Assembly: GCA_035275405.1 (NCBI GenBank)
Contig: DATEMU010000015.1
Coordinates: 737,768-801,767, forward strand
Direction of reading: 5' to 3'
Length of the DNA stretch: 64,000 nucleotides
Source of the DNA: Phycisphaerae bacterium
GTDB taxonomy: Bacteria > Planctomycetota > Phycisphaerae > UBA1845 > UTPLA1
Position 1 is the stretch's first letter. Each line of letters starts with the position of its first letter. The notes under the pieces are model-generated. The model had not been told where the DNA came from. It did no database searches and saw only the letters and a list, made by a program, of their open reading frames with translations. The translations under genes and the position numbers were made by a program. Positions 63,681 to 64,000 of the stretch are shown piece after piece.

Positions 63681-64000
63681 ATGCGTTCTCTTTTCTCGGC
63701 TCTATTGGTCGTTCTTGTTTTGACATCGGCGCCGGCCCTCGCCTTCCCTCCCACGATCACCATGATCGTAAAGGAAGGCGACGTCGTCGGCGGCGTCGGT
63801 TCGATCTCCAGCGGGTTTGGCGCCTGCGAAAACATGGCGGTCAACAACAGCGGCGATTGGCTGGTGGAATCGGATACGAACAATGCCGATACCAACATCG
63901 ACGGTGTCATTCTGTCAGGCAACGGCCACGGCGCCTTCTCCCTCTATCAGCAGGAGGGCGCGGCGCTCGCATCGCCGCCCGGCGCCTCGATTGACTCCTG
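63681..64000 (+). CDS. hypothetical secreted protein (5' partial, continues beyond window)
   Basis: GGAGG RBS; signal MRSLFSALLVVLVLTSAPALA; open to the window end. Confidence 0.4.
   Translation, partial: MRSLFSALLVVLVLTSAPALAFPPTITMIVKEGDVVGGVGSISSGFGACENMAVNNSGDWLVESDTNNADTNIDGVILSGNGHGAFSLYQQEGAALASPPGASIDS

Overview
This 64 kb window is high-GC (roughly 65-70%) chromosomal DNA that looks Planctomycete-like. It carries giant secreted multi-domain proteins with dockerin-like C-termini, FG-GAP, NHL and delta-60-like repeats, and an ECF sigma factor next to a Ser/Thr kinase. The backbone is ordinary housekeeping: tdk-nupC, mutY, dtd, coaE, rho, ispG, mnmG, a flotillin, fumC, cysK-cysC, rpmI-rplT, a tRNA with CAT anticodon, and UvrA modules. 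Two things stand out. (1) A ~2.4 kb AT-rich island (~21965-24345, far lower GC than its flanks) lies between ispG and a metallophosphoesterase gene. It holds a compact + strand operon: a promoter and a highly structured ~200-nt leader or ncRNA, a small 81-aa ORF, a perfect 14-bp inverted repeat, an XRE-family HTH protein translationally coupled (TGATG) to a 340-aa retron-/UG-Abi-like reverse transcriptase whose motif C reads YGDN instead of YADD, and an overlapping 88-aa ORF. This looks like an unclassified reverse-transcriptase-based system, probably for defence. (2) The uvrA locus is unusual. The canonical UvrA N-half is a separate gene, and it is followed by a translationally coupled two-gene cassette (a 73-aa ORF and a minimal-nucleotidyltransferase-like ORF). 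The UvrA C-half is then fused in frame, across an AT-rich palindromic element, to a complete second UvrA paralog carrying a ~400-aa C-terminal domain of unknown function. Other notable items are tandem small Gly-rich proteins with RR-containing signal-like N-termini, tandem NHL paralogs sharing an ACGACG-TM-RRxRR C-terminal tail, 48-bp coding tandem repeats, a MazF-like toxin-antitoxin pair, and a coaE gene with no canonical start codon upstream of its P-loop. No CRISPR arrays, transposases, integrases or rRNA genes were seen.
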